Of a DNA stretch of 64,000 nt, positions 1 to 7,713 are shown one piece after another (position 1 is the stretch's first letter; each line of letters opens with the position of its first letter). Source of the DNA: an uncultured delta proteobacterium (GTDB lineage Bacteria; Desulfobacterota; Binatia; UBA9968). The DNA lies in contig CAVSHR010000012.1 in the NCBI GenBank assembly GCA_963727625.1, positions 352,001-416,000 of the forward strand, written 5' to 3'. Under the pieces are notes generated by a model that worked only from the letters and a program-made list of their open reading frames with translations, was not told the origin of the DNA and searched no databases. The position numbers and the translations under genes were made by a program.

Positions 1-478
1 GCCCGCGGGCGTCTTGCAATTTCTTGTACCAATCGGGGACCGTGAATTCATCGACCCGGTAGGTCGGGCGGTAGCCTTTGATATCGAGGATCGGTGTGCC
101 GTCGAAGTAGTCGAGCCCGCTGACTTTGAGAAAGCGGCCCTGCCGGCCGAGCAGGCGAACCAACGTGAGCCCGATCGGATTGGGCCGCGTCGGCGAATCC
201 AGGGCGAAGACGCCGAGCAGCGGCAGTTCCTCGAGTTTGAACCCTCTTTTGACTAGCCTTCGCGGTTTCACCTGCAGCGGGCCGATCTGATCGGCTCTGA
301 GCCGGTCAAAATATCCAAGCACAAAGAGATGCGAATAACCGTCGAGCCCCTCCAGTGCGGGCTCAAACTCGGCATAGATTTCCAATTCTCCAACCAGATC
401 CTTGCCCTCACCGCGAACCTCGCCTTCGGTAAATTGCGCTTTGACCCGCCCAATGGGCTTGAAAACAATTTCAGCCAT
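1..478 (-). CDS. trmO: tRNA (N6-threonylcarbamoyl-A37) methyltransferase TrmO/TsaA (YaeB family), 3' end runs off window
   Basis: Not in ORF track. Manual translation: MAEIVFKPIGRV...LDGYSHLFVLGYF...GVFALDSPTRPNPIGLTLVRL...GLDYFDGTPILDIKGY; GGAGGG RBS upstream of ATG at 478. Confidence 0.88.
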   Translation of the reverse strand, partial: MAEIVFKPIGRVKAQFTEGEVRGEGKDLVGELEIYAEFEPALEGLDGYSHLFVLGYFDRLRADQIGPLQVKPRRLVKRGFKLEELPLLGVFALDSPTRPNPIGLTLVRLLGRQGRFLKVSGLDYFDGTPILDIKGYRPTYRVDEFTVPDWYKKLQDARG

Positions 479-535
479 AAAAATATCTTCCCTCCGCCAG
501 AATTGAGATCCATTTGCCGCCGGCCTTGCCACGAA

Positions 536-648
536 GTGCCCGGAGCACAGCCGAAGCCCGAGATTCCCTGACGTATGCGAGGATGATCACCATTTCTTTC
601 ACGATGCTCTGCGGATTATCACGCGGACGCTCGCGCGGCGCGCCACGT
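536..648. repeat. Diverged direct repeat, copy A (copy B at 2576-2684); contains a copy of the USP 3' end
   Basis: gtgcccggagcacagccgaagcccgaga...ttcacgatgctctgcggat...ccacgt aligns with gtgcccgtagctcagccaaagcccgaga...ttcacgatgctctgcggat...ccacgt. Confidence 0.8.
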
Positions 649-683
649 CCACACTGGGTCTAGGCGCGGTTGTCTGGTATCGG

Positions 684-1178
684 CTATTTCTTCAACATGA
701 AGTCCAAGTCCTCAGCGAGTGATTGGAGATCCTCCTCGTGCGCCACCTCATCCTGAAGAATTTGCAACACCATGTTGTAAGTCACCGGATCTTTTCCTTG
801 GGTAGCGTCGAGCAATCGTTTGTAAAAGCCGATGGCGCAGCGTTCGCCTTGGATATTCTGTTTGAGGATGGTCTCGACGAACGGATCGTCGGGTGCGTCA
901 TAGCCGCAACTGGTCACCTCGTACCACTTTTTCGGCTCGGTCACCGGCGTGCCGCCAAGCTGAATGATCCGGGTTGCGACCATGTCCGCGTGGCGCAGCT
1001 CGTCGGCGGCATGCTGCAAGAGTTCGGCGATAACTCCCTCTTTCATCGGCCCCTTCACCACCTTGGCGCCAAGCCAATACTGATAATAGGCAAACCATTC
1101 ATCCGCAAAGGCCTTGTTCAGTAGATCCAACAGCTGCTTCACATCCATGCCGACAATTTCGATGCCTTTGCTTCCCAT
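684..1178 (-). CDS. DPS-like (DpsL/thioferritin-type) ferritin-family protein
   Basis: ADEWFAYYQYW, DELRH, ERCAI, DEVAHEEDL di-iron motifs; two Cys (SCGY, ERCA) as in DPSL proteins; GGAGG RBS. Confidence 0.85.
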   Translation of the reverse strand: MGSKGIEIVGMDVKQLLDLLNKAFADEWFAYYQYWLGAKVVKGPMKEGVIAELLQHAADELRHADMVATRIIQLGGTPVTEPKKWYEVTSCGYDAPDDPFVETILKQNIQGERCAIGFYKRLLDATQGKDPVTYNMVLQILQDEVAHEEDLQSLAEDLDFMLKK

Positions 1179-1195
1179 CGTTCATCCTCCCTAGC

Positions 1196-2311
1196 TTAGC
1201 TCGCTACGATCCAGTCCGGTTCCCGGGTAATTGTTTTGAGTTGCGCCCGCTCTTCCGCGCTCGGCAGCGCTTCTTTGAGGTGAAGCGCGTAGGCGTTCTC
1301 ATCGAGTGGCTCGCCGGTCGCGCTAAAACGCTTCCCCTGGCTGTCCCCGATGCTTCGATGGAACTTGAGATCCGGGGTATAGAGCTGCGGTTTGTCGGGG
1401 CCGATGTCTTTGTTGAGAATCTCGACCAGCCCTTGCACTTCCTTATGGTAGAGATTTCGGGCGAGCTCGTTCACGGCGTCGGGATCAGCCAAAGCACCGG
1501 CTTCGTTTTCGTTGAAGCGCCCTTTTAAGCCCCACCGGTACGCCTTGCCCCCCCCTTTGGAACGCTCATGGCCGAACAGGTCAAAGCAAACCGGCAACCA
1601 GCGGTTGAGTATTTTTTGGACAATCTCCACCGGCACCTTTCCAGCGCGCAGGATTCGCTGCAAACCGGTGAGGCCGGTCAAAAGGTGAAACGATTCTTCA
1701 TTCAACATCGGCCCCATGCTGCTGCCGAGCGGGCCGAACCCCGAGTGACTGAGCATCTTGAGTTGGTACATGCCGTCGCGATCGACGAACGCAGTGAAGG
1801 TGAAGAAGTCGAGCCAATCTTCGACCGGTTCGTTAAAGGCGCCAAGGATTCTCTCCTTCTTGTCCGCGCGCCGTTCCAAAAGCTTGCGCGCTTCGGCCTT
1901 TCCCGCGTCGCCGAAGTGGCGCACCAAGAGATAGCTCATCTGCCAGCCATGGCGCATCTCCTCGGCATTGATCCGCACGATGCTGCGCAGATCGCGCTCC
2001 GTCGGCGCCGAGTCGAGCAACTTGCGCTGCAATTCCACCGACGCGAACTCCGTGTCGCCCTGAATCGTGATCAATTTTAAAAGCAGATCGCGGATCTCGG
2101 GTCGGGGAATGTCATTGACGTCCTGCCATCTCCCTGTGCCGCTAAATTCACCGAAGCCTATTTCTCCATTCGGCGATTCGGCAAATTTCTCTGAAAATTC
2201 ATAGCCCTGGAGCACCGAGGAGAACAGCTTGGAATCGTAGTTGATGTCCTTCTGCCATTGCTGAAAAACATCTTTCCAATCATCGAAGGTTTCTATGCGC
2301 GTGGTCTTCAT
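1196..2311 (-). CDS. BoxB/PaaA-like di-iron aryl-CoA epoxidase-family subunit
   Basis: QGDTEFASVE, AEEMRHGWQM, ILGAFN, FVDRDGMYQL, NEESFH motifs; start moved to ATG 2311 (RBS GGAGGG, downstream of sigma-54 promoter). Confidence 0.8.
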   Translation of the reverse strand: MKTTRIETFDDWKDVFQQWQKDINYDSKLFSSVLQGYEFSEKFAESPNGEIGFGEFSGTGRWQDVNDIPRPEIRDLLLKLITIQGDTEFASVELQRKLLDSAPTERDLRSIVRINAEEMRHGWQMSYLLVRHFGDAGKAEARKLLERRADKKERILGAFNEPVEDWLDFFTFTAFVDRDGMYQLKMLSHSGFGPLGSSMGPMLNEESFHLLTGLTGLQRILRAGKVPVEIVQKILNRWLPVCFDLFGHERSKGGGKAYRWGLKGRFNENEAGALADPDAVNELARNLYHKEVQGLVEILNKDIGPDKPQLYTPDLKFHRSIGDSQGKRFSATGEPLDENAYALHLKEALPSAEERAQLKTITREPDWIVAS

Positions 2312-2336
2312 GATAACCCTCCGATCGAGCGAAGGC

Positions 2337-2352
2337 CGCAAATAACATGCCG
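2337..2352 (-). promoter_or_regulatory. sigma-54 -24/-12 promoter (boxB-like/dpsL)
   Basis: CGGCATGTTATTTGCG, GG-N10-GC. Confidence 0.75.
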
Positions 2353-2391
2353 CTAGGAATTACTACTTTTCGTATATTTGTCCCCGCTTGC

Positions 2392-2438
2392 TTCGCAAAG
2401 TTGCAAATACAGCGCCTCTCTTCTGTCAGATATGCCGA
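2392..2438. promoter_or_regulatory. Paired putative enhancer (UAS) sites
   Basis: TTCGCA-AAGT-TGCAAA (2392) and CTGTCA-GATA-TGCCGA (2423), 31 bp apart. Confidence 0.55.
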
Positions 2439-2575
2439 AACGCCGCGGTGTGGCCACTATCTCAGCGTCGGCAAGACGAGACCACATTAAATAATAAAAC
2501 GACTCGGAGAAGCGCTTCATCGCCGGGGCTTGAAATCAGTGGGCGAGAGTGATGACGACGGCATAGCGTCGTGAC

Positions 2576-2684
2576 GTGCCCGTAGCTCAGCCAAAGCCCG
2601 AGACTTTCTAGCATAGGCTATGACAACATCTCCTTCACGATGCTCTGCGGATCAGCACCGGCGCGCTCGCATGGCGCACCACGT
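2576..2684. repeat. Diverged direct repeat, copy B (USP 3' end plus downstream DNA)
   Basis: Aligns with 536-648. Confidence 0.8.
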
Positions 2685-3546
2685 TCTCTGTGACGCTGCC
2701 CATCGCCCATCGGGTGATACCGGAACGACCATGTGTACACATGGCAATCAAGCTATCCGAGGTCTCGCGTGCCAGAGCGATGATCTCGTCACTGGCCATG
2801 CCTTCTTTAGATATGTGCCTGACCTTGTTGACGCCCAGTTTTGTGACTGCCGCAGCCTTCTTCTCAAGATATTCGTTGGCGCCATCCCGCGCAATGGCGA
2901 TTAACTCGCGGGAGTTGAGACCGATATTATAGTAGCTCTCATTGGTTGCGTAGCGGGCGTACGGGACATCGTAAGCGCGGAATAAGACAACCTTGAGGTC
3001 TAATTTCTTCGCCACTTCGGCAACCATCGGAAATACGCTCTCCGCCAGTTCCGAGCCGTCGAGCGGCACGATGACGGTTTTTAACGTTACCACGCCTCGA
3101 TTCTCAGCCTTTTCTTTCGCGCGCACGAGCAGCACCGGATTACCTGATCCCCGGACGACTTTTTCGGCAATGCTCCCCAACAACCAACGCTGAAGCCCCG
3201 ACCTCCCGTGCGTGGCCAGGGCAATCAAAGTGTTTTTGTCCTCTGCCGCCCGGTCGATGATGACCTCCGCCGCGTTTCCATGGTTCAACGTGCACTTCAC
3301 GTGTAGGCCGGGAAAACTTCCGGAAATAAACTCTAAGTAACTCTTGCCCCGTCCTATCTGGTCTTCTCGCAAGATGCTTAAGAGGCGCGCTCTGTTGGCC
3401 GATGCATGAGCGCCGAAGCCTGCCGTGTCGATTACGGTTAGAAGCTCGACAGGAATTCTCAGCTTGTCGGCCAGGCAGCGGCCGTAAGGCAGCGCCTGCT
3501 CGGCCGTCTTTGAGCCGTCGAGCGGAATCAGTATGCGGCTGTACAT
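2635..3546 (-). CDS. Tandem-domain universal stress protein
   Basis: MYSRILIPLDGS...ATHGRSGLQRWLLGSIAEKVVR and VIVPLDGS...THGRSGITRWAMGSVTENVVR; start set to ATG 3546. Confidence 0.92.
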   Translation of the reverse strand: MYSRILIPLDGSKTAEQALPYGRCLADKLRIPVELLTVIDTAGFGAHASANRARLLSILREDQIGRGKSYLEFISGSFPGLHVKCTLNHGNAAEVIIDRAAEDKNTLIALATHGRSGLQRWLLGSIAEKVVRGSGNPVLLVRAKEKAENRGVVTLKTVIVPLDGSELAESVFPMVAEVAKKLDLKVVLFRAYDVPYARYATNESYYNIGLNSRELIAIARDGANEYLEKKAAAVTKLGVNKVRHISKEGMASDEIIALARETSDSLIAMCTHGRSGITRWAMGSVTENVVRHASAPVLIRRAS

Positions 3547-3575
3547 TCGTGCCTTCCTCTTTTCCTCCGCGACTT

Positions 3576-3591
3576 TGCTTCTATCTTGCCA
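3576..3591 (-). promoter_or_regulatory. Weak-match sigma-54 promoter (usp)
   Basis: TGGCAAGATAGAAGCA, correct spacing, poor -12 context. Confidence 0.5.
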
Positions 3592-3659
3592 AGGTAGAGC
3601 AAAAAAAATACCACAAATTGTCCAGCGCGGCGAAGCCGCAACCGAATCTCGGAGTATTT

Positions 3660-3764
3660 CTCGCAAAGACGCAAAGGGCGCAAAGCTCGGAAATTAAAGG
3701 CAAGGTCATTCGCAAGCGTTTTCGTCATTTCCTCGTAAACTTGGCGACTTTGCGCCTTCGCGGG
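3660..3764. repeat. REP/MITE-like imperfect inverted repeat element
   Basis: Arms ctcgcaaagacgcaaagggcgcaaag ... cttggcgactttgcgccttcgcggg; related copy at ~57926-57996. Confidence 0.7.
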
Positions 3765-3871
3765 AAGAAAATCCGAATCGGAAACGTCTCATGTGTAGAA
3801 AATTTGCGCGGGCCGCGAAAATTTCGAAGTATAGTAGTACTATGTTTTCCGGAAGCGTCTCGTAACTACGT

Positions 3872-3919
3872 TTGCCAGCATTGCTAGGACATAAGTTGAT
3901 ATTTTTTCAAATCTGATAA
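3872..3919. promoter_or_regulatory. Paired putative enhancer sites
   Basis: TTGCCA-GCAT-TGCTAG (3872) and TTTTCA-AATC-TGATAA (3904), 32 bp apart. Confidence 0.55.
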
Positions 3920-4034
3920 GCAGCGGTTATTTTTCCGACCATTCCTGATCCCTCCGCTTGGACCCCAAACAAAAGTAAAGGGTTTATGAGACCAAAAAAA
4001 TCGAATTAACATCCCATAAAATAAGGCTGTAGTC

Positions 4035-4050
4035 TGGCATAGAAAATGCT
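4035..4050 (+). promoter_or_regulatory. sigma-54 promoter
   Basis: TGGCATAGAAAATGCT, 45 bp before ATG 4095. Confidence 0.65.
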
Positions 4051-4094
4051 CATTAATCTAAACAACTGCAGATCGCAAACGTCGAGAGGTCCGT

Positions 4095-4664
4095 ATGATT
4101 GCGATAATTTGGATAGGAGGCGCGATCGTTGCGTTGAGCGCTGTATTTATCGTCGCTTGGAGCGCGGTTCGTGAGTACTTCAAGTTCCGCGGGAAGAGGC
4201 TAGTCACCTGTCCCGAGACAAGCGAACCTGCGGCGGTTGACGTGGATGCAATGCATGCCGGGTTCTCGGCCCCGACCGGTGAGCTCGGTCTTCGCTTGAA
4301 GGACTGCAACCGATGGCCGGAGCGCAAAGACTGTGGCCAACAATGCTTAGCGCAGATCGAAGCTGCGCCGGAGGACTGCCTTGTTCGGACCATCTTGACG
4401 AAGGGGTACGCGGGGAAAAAGTGTGTTATTTGCGGCAGCGCGTTCGGTGCGATTAATTGGCTCGATCATAAACCGGCTTTGATGAGCCCTGAGCGATTGA
4501 CCGTAGAATGGAGTGAAGTCCCTCCGGAGCAAGTTCCTGAAGTCCTGGCCAGTCACAAGCCGGTCTGCTGGAACTGTCACATCGTCGAGAGGTTTCGCCA
4601 CCGTTACCCGGAATTGGTTGTGGATCGCCCTTGGAAACCGGGGGAGTCGCACCGAAGCAGGTAA
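4095..4664 (+). CDS. Membrane-anchored Cys-rich hypothetical protein
   Basis: N-terminal TM helix, 9 Cys including CGQQC, CVIC, CWNCH; GAGG RBS. Confidence 0.8.
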   Translation: MIAIIWIGGAIVALSAVFIVAWSAVREYFKFRGKRLVTCPETSEPAAVDVDAMHAGFSAPTGELGLRLKDCNRWPERKDCGQQCLAQIEAAPEDCLVRTILTKGYAGKKCVICGSAFGAINWLDHKPALMSPERLTVEWSEVPPEQVPEVLASHKPVCWNCHIVERFRHRYPELVVDRPWKPGESHRSR

Positions 4665-4757
4665 ATCGGCTCCGAAAGGGCTGAAAATCTGGATTCGCTT
4701 CATTCGGTTGGCCAAATTGCCTACCCGCTGTAGCGAACTCAGAACCGTGAGAGGGGG

Positions 4758-4979
4758 ATGGCCATGCCGATGATAGAACTTACGACGGTTGAAGCGAATT
4801 TATTGAAGGAAATCCTTGAGAGCGACCTGGGCGACCTGAGGATGGAGATTGCCGGCACCGATCTGAAGAGCTTCCGTGACAAGCTCAAGGAGAAGGAATC
4901 GATCATTACGCAATTAATCGAGCGCCTGGGAGCCAACCCTCCCACTCTTCTCAGAGGAGGCGGAGCTGAAATCCCGTAG
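4758..4979 (+). CDS. Small helical hypothetical protein
   Basis: GAGGGGG RBS; LLKEILESDLGDLRMEIAGTD...FRDKLKEKE reads like a conserved helical hairpin. Confidence 0.65.
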   Translation: MAMPMIELTTVEANLLKEILESDLGDLRMEIAGTDLKSFRDKLKEKESIITQLIERLGANPPTLLRGGGAEIP

Positions 4980-5060
4980 AAAGATTTTAAAAACCCGCGT
5001 TCGAATCATCCGAACCGCCAACGAGAGAACAACTGACCCTGAGCCCGGAAAGACTGTACG

Positions 5061-5309
5061 CTAACGAGTGCTCAGTAAATTATAAAGCCACGCGAATATT
5101 GCACCGCCGATCAACGCATCGACAAAACCCCAAAGCAGACCCATAACACTACCCGAAGGGCTTATGCTGTAGCCGCGGTAAACATGGCCGATAAAGGGAA
5201 CCTCGCCCGTGCTCCCGTCAAAAGCGATGATCCACCAGGTAAGAACAAAAAGACCAATGCCCCAGAGTAACGCGCATGTAAGCGCGAAAGCTTTCACGTT
5301 CAATTTCAT
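5061..5309 (-). CDS. Small 2-TM membrane protein (often annotated holin-like)
   Basis: MKLNVKAFALTCALLWG...YRGYSISPSGS...GGAIFAWLYN; AGGAG RBS. Confidence 0.8.
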   Translation of the reverse strand: MKLNVKAFALTCALLWGIGLFVLTWWIIAFDGSTGEVPFIGHVYRGYSISPSGSVMGLLWGFVDALIGGAIFAWLYNLLSTR

Positions 5310-5394
5310 CCCCGACTCCTTTCACTCTATTCGCCCTGGCTGATACCACGGTCCGCGTCCTGGCGTAATTCTTATATGGACGCTCCCGCGGATC

Positions 5395-5904
5395 TTATTT
5401 TGCCGGCACCCGGAAGAAAGTTTCCGGGAGATGCGCGCGAATCTCGTGCGGCGTCATCTGAACAAGATCCAGACTAAATTCCTCTTCTATCATCCGGCGA
5501 AGTTCAGAGGTCAGGTGGTCGCGCAACAGTCCGAGAAACTCGGGTGCGGCAACTAGAATCAATCGTTCCACCTCGCCCTGGCGCCGGCCGCTTTCCAAAC
5601 GATCGGTAACCTGCTTGGCGAATGCGATCGCTCCTTGTTTCTTTGGGTCGACTTCCCGGCTCATGGCATGGCGTGTCATGCCTGTGCTTTCGAAAGACCT
5701 GCCGGGGCGATCCGCATCGATCGCCTGGGATTTCAATCGTCCTTCCGAATGTTCGAGCTTTTCCAATTCGACCAGCCTTGACGGCGGCGATTCCGCCGGG
5801 GAGGACTGGAATGTTTGCGGATCTTTCACACGCGGCGCCGGCGGCGCCGGCATGAAAATTCTCGCTCCGGTATTGTTGGCGACCACGACCCAGTTTTTTG
5901 CCAT
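5395..5904 (-). CDS. Host-attachment protein / bacterial aeRF1-like (baeRF) family
   Basis: WVVVANNTGARIF, DRPGRSF, FAKQV, LILVAAPEFLGLLR, LDLV motifs; RBS GGAGGG before ATG 5904. Confidence 0.85.
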   Translation of the reverse strand: MAKNWVVVANNTGARIFMPAPPAPRVKDPQTFQSSPAESPPSRLVELEKLEHSEGRLKSQAIDADRPGRSFESTGMTRHAMSREVDPKKQGAIAFAKQVTDRLESGRRQGEVERLILVAAPEFLGLLRDHLTSELRRMIEEEFSLDLVQMTPHEIRAHLPETFFRVPAK

Positions 5905-5937
5905 GTTGCCCTCCTTCATGATTCCAATGGCGTGATC

Positions 5938-6040
5938 CTAACCCGGCCACATCCAGTTGCGTATCTCCGGCACGTTCTCCCCATAATGGCTGATGTAATG
6001 CCGGTGCTTGGCGAGTTTGTCGCACATGAGCTGCGTTAAA
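5938..6040 (-). pseudogene. 3'-terminal remnant of xylulose-5-P/fructose-6-P phosphoketolase
   Basis: Translates QLMCDKLAKHRHYISHYGENVPEIRNWMWPG*, matching the typical Xfp C-terminus (DKL..H..YI..GED.PEIRNW.W); upstream stop, rest of gene absent. Confidence 0.65.
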
Positions 6041-6093
6041 GACGATCACCCCGGTCGCAATCGCGGCGATCCAGGCAACTCGCCGCGAGTGAC

Positions 6094-6363
6094 TCAGCTG
6101 AGCTTTTTCTCGACACGATTCGACGAGTGATCCAGGCGCTCGAGGACCATGTCTATTTTCTTCAGTTCTTTGCCGTACCAACCATGGATTTCGTCGAGCA
6201 GCCGCCTTCGCTTTCGCTGTGTAGAGGGACTTTTCCACTGCCGGTTGGTGTCGACGATCTCCCGCTCAGCGTCGAGGTGATCAAGCGTCCGCACGACGAC
6301 CTTGCGGCGTTGCATCAACCGAAAGCGACACAGGGCATATCTTAGGTTGTCGGCAAAGCGCAT
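6094..6363 (-). CDS. DksA/TraR-like coiled-coil protein lacking the Zn finger
   Basis: Aligns with the N-half of the 53621 ORF (TLDHL..E...V..N..W...R..LLD....WY.KE...ID..L.R); AGGGG RBS before ATG 6363. Confidence 0.65.
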   Translation of the reverse strand: MRFADNLRYALCRFRLMQRRKVVVRTLDHLDAEREIVDTNRQWKSPSTQRKRRRLLDEIHGWYGKELKKIDMVLERLDHSSNRVEKKLS

Positions 6364-6432
6364 GCGAAATTTCCCCTGGATTGAAGTGTGCATAAGACTT
6401 TCGTCCAATAAGAACTTACTTACTTTGGAGGC

Positions 6433-6448
6433 CGCAAGAGATATGCCA
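6433..6448 (-). promoter_or_regulatory. sigma-54 promoter
   Basis: TGGCATATCTCTTGCG. Confidence 0.8.
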
Positions 6449-6488
6449 GCATCCTATGGGTTGATTTACCGAGGGTCGCGCCACGCGA

Positions 6489-6536
6489 TTCTCAAATTCG
6501 ATAAAGGAACCGAGCCGAGGATCTCAGCACAGCGAA
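6489..6536. promoter_or_regulatory. Paired putative enhancer sites
   Basis: TTCTCA-AATT-CGATAA (6489) and ATCTCA-GCAC-AGCGAA (6521). Confidence 0.55.
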
Positions 6537-6545
6537 AAGCTTTGG

Positions 6546-6644
6546 TTATAGTAGCCCGGTAGCTTCCAGCACCGCATCCATGACCGCGGCGATCAAATAC
6601 CCGAGGGAAACCTGCATCGTTTTATCGTTGGTATAGGGCGGCAT
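6546..6644 (-). CDS. Putative 32-aa small protein (possibly truncated)
   Basis: AGGAGG RBS then MPPYTNDKTMQVSLGYLIAAVMDAVLEATGLL*; below ORF-track cutoff. Confidence 0.4.
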   Translation of the reverse strand: MPPYTNDKTMQVSLGYLIAAVMDAVLEATGLL

Positions 6645-6731
6645 ATGATTATCTCCTCCTTTGTCCGTTACCGTTGACGGATGCAAGTTAACTGGCACGG
6701 CCGCAAGGCATCGATCGAACCGAGTTTCGCA

Positions 6732-7061
6732 TCACGGGTCCGACCTTGCAGATTTCCGTCTTTGGCAACGCAGCGCCAAGCCGACCAGAATGCCGAGACC
6801 GGCAGCAAGAGCAAACCGCCGCCAGCCCTTGTCTTGCGCGAGATCGACGGCACGTGCTTTCGCCTGCTCAGCCTGCTCGCGCAACTCATTCTTGCGCTGT
6901 GCCAATGCGGCTTTTCCCTTCTCGACCCGCTCGACCAGACGTTGACGGAGCTCGGCGATCTGCCCGCCGACATTATCTGCAGTGGCCTTGATCAACTCCT
7001 CCGCGTCATCGATAAGAATCTTGCAGTCTTCGAGTAATTTTTCCGTCGTGACCTCGCTCAT
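6732..7061 (-). CDS. DUF883 / ElaB-YqjD family membrane-anchored ribosome-binding protein
   Basis: KLLEDCKILIDDAEELIKATA...C-terminal W..FALAAGLGILVGLALR; GGAGG RBS before ATG 7061. Confidence 0.85.
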   Translation of the reverse strand: MSEVTTEKLLEDCKILIDDAEELIKATADNVGGQIAELRQRLVERVEKGKAALAQRKNELREQAEQAKARAVDLAQDKGWRRFALAAGLGILVGLALRCQRRKSARSDP

Positions 7062-7260
7062 GACCAACCTCCCTTTCAAGCCGTTTTCAAGTGCTCAACC
7101 CCCGCTGCAAGCCTCGCGCTGAGCGCCCTTCGCAAACCCAACCTATCCGGCGCTGCGGCGCTAAAGCAGGTTCGCTAGTCGAGCTGCCGGACGCCGCAGC
7201 AATCTGTTCGACCACACAACCCGCGCATCCGCGAGACTCATTGAAATCGCCAGGAGCGTC

Positions 7261-7276
7261 TGCATGATTCATGCCC
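7261..7276 (-). promoter_or_regulatory. Weak-match sigma-54 promoter (elaB-like)
   Basis: GGGCATGAATCATGCA, ~200 bp upstream of start. Confidence 0.4.
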
Positions 7277-7506
7277 ACAATCGGTGTTCTGTCAAACCTC
7301 CAAATCCACACATGAAAGCACCCGCAACTTCGTGATTGTGACAACAAACGCTGCAGATTGCCTGCATGACTGCAAATAATTGCGTTTTATCAGCCGAACG
7401 CCGGACACGCCGCAGCTATTTTTCGGCTTCCAATTGCCGCGAGATACGACCTCATGTCTGTAGATTTGTCGGGAATGAGATCGGCAGGAATCTAAGCATT
7501 TGGAGG

Positions 7507-7553
7507 TTGCCAAACCTGAAAAGAAAAGCACGGAAAATTCTCGCAACCGCAAA
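7507..7553. promoter_or_regulatory. Paired putative enhancer sites
   Basis: TTGCCA-AACC-TGAAAA (7507) and TTCTCG-CAAC-CGCAAA (7538), 31 bp apart; extra site TTGTCG-GGAA-TGAGAT at 7466. Confidence 0.55.
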
Positions 7554-7607
7554 AACACAAACGGCCGCCCTTCACTCGTCCAGCATCCTTTTGTCTCTCG
7601 TCTGCAA

Positions 7608-7623
7608 CGGCAAGCTTGTTGCA
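7608..7623 (+). promoter_or_regulatory. sigma-54 promoter
   Basis: CGGCAAGCTTGTTGCA. Confidence 0.7.
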
Positions 7624-7713
7624 ACACTTGTTATTTAACCAATCAAGCGCTTCGCTTCCAGGCCAAACGATCATAAAGCGCCAACTGCATTTATAATAAA
7701 AGGAGCGCTTCCC

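Noticed and set aside
14-571. Short ORF-track calls at the window start
   Set aside because: The region is explained by the minus-strand trmO frame (1-478).
5061-5309. Holin-like gene as evidence of a prophage
   Set aside because: No endolysin, structural or packaging genes nearby; context is stress genes.
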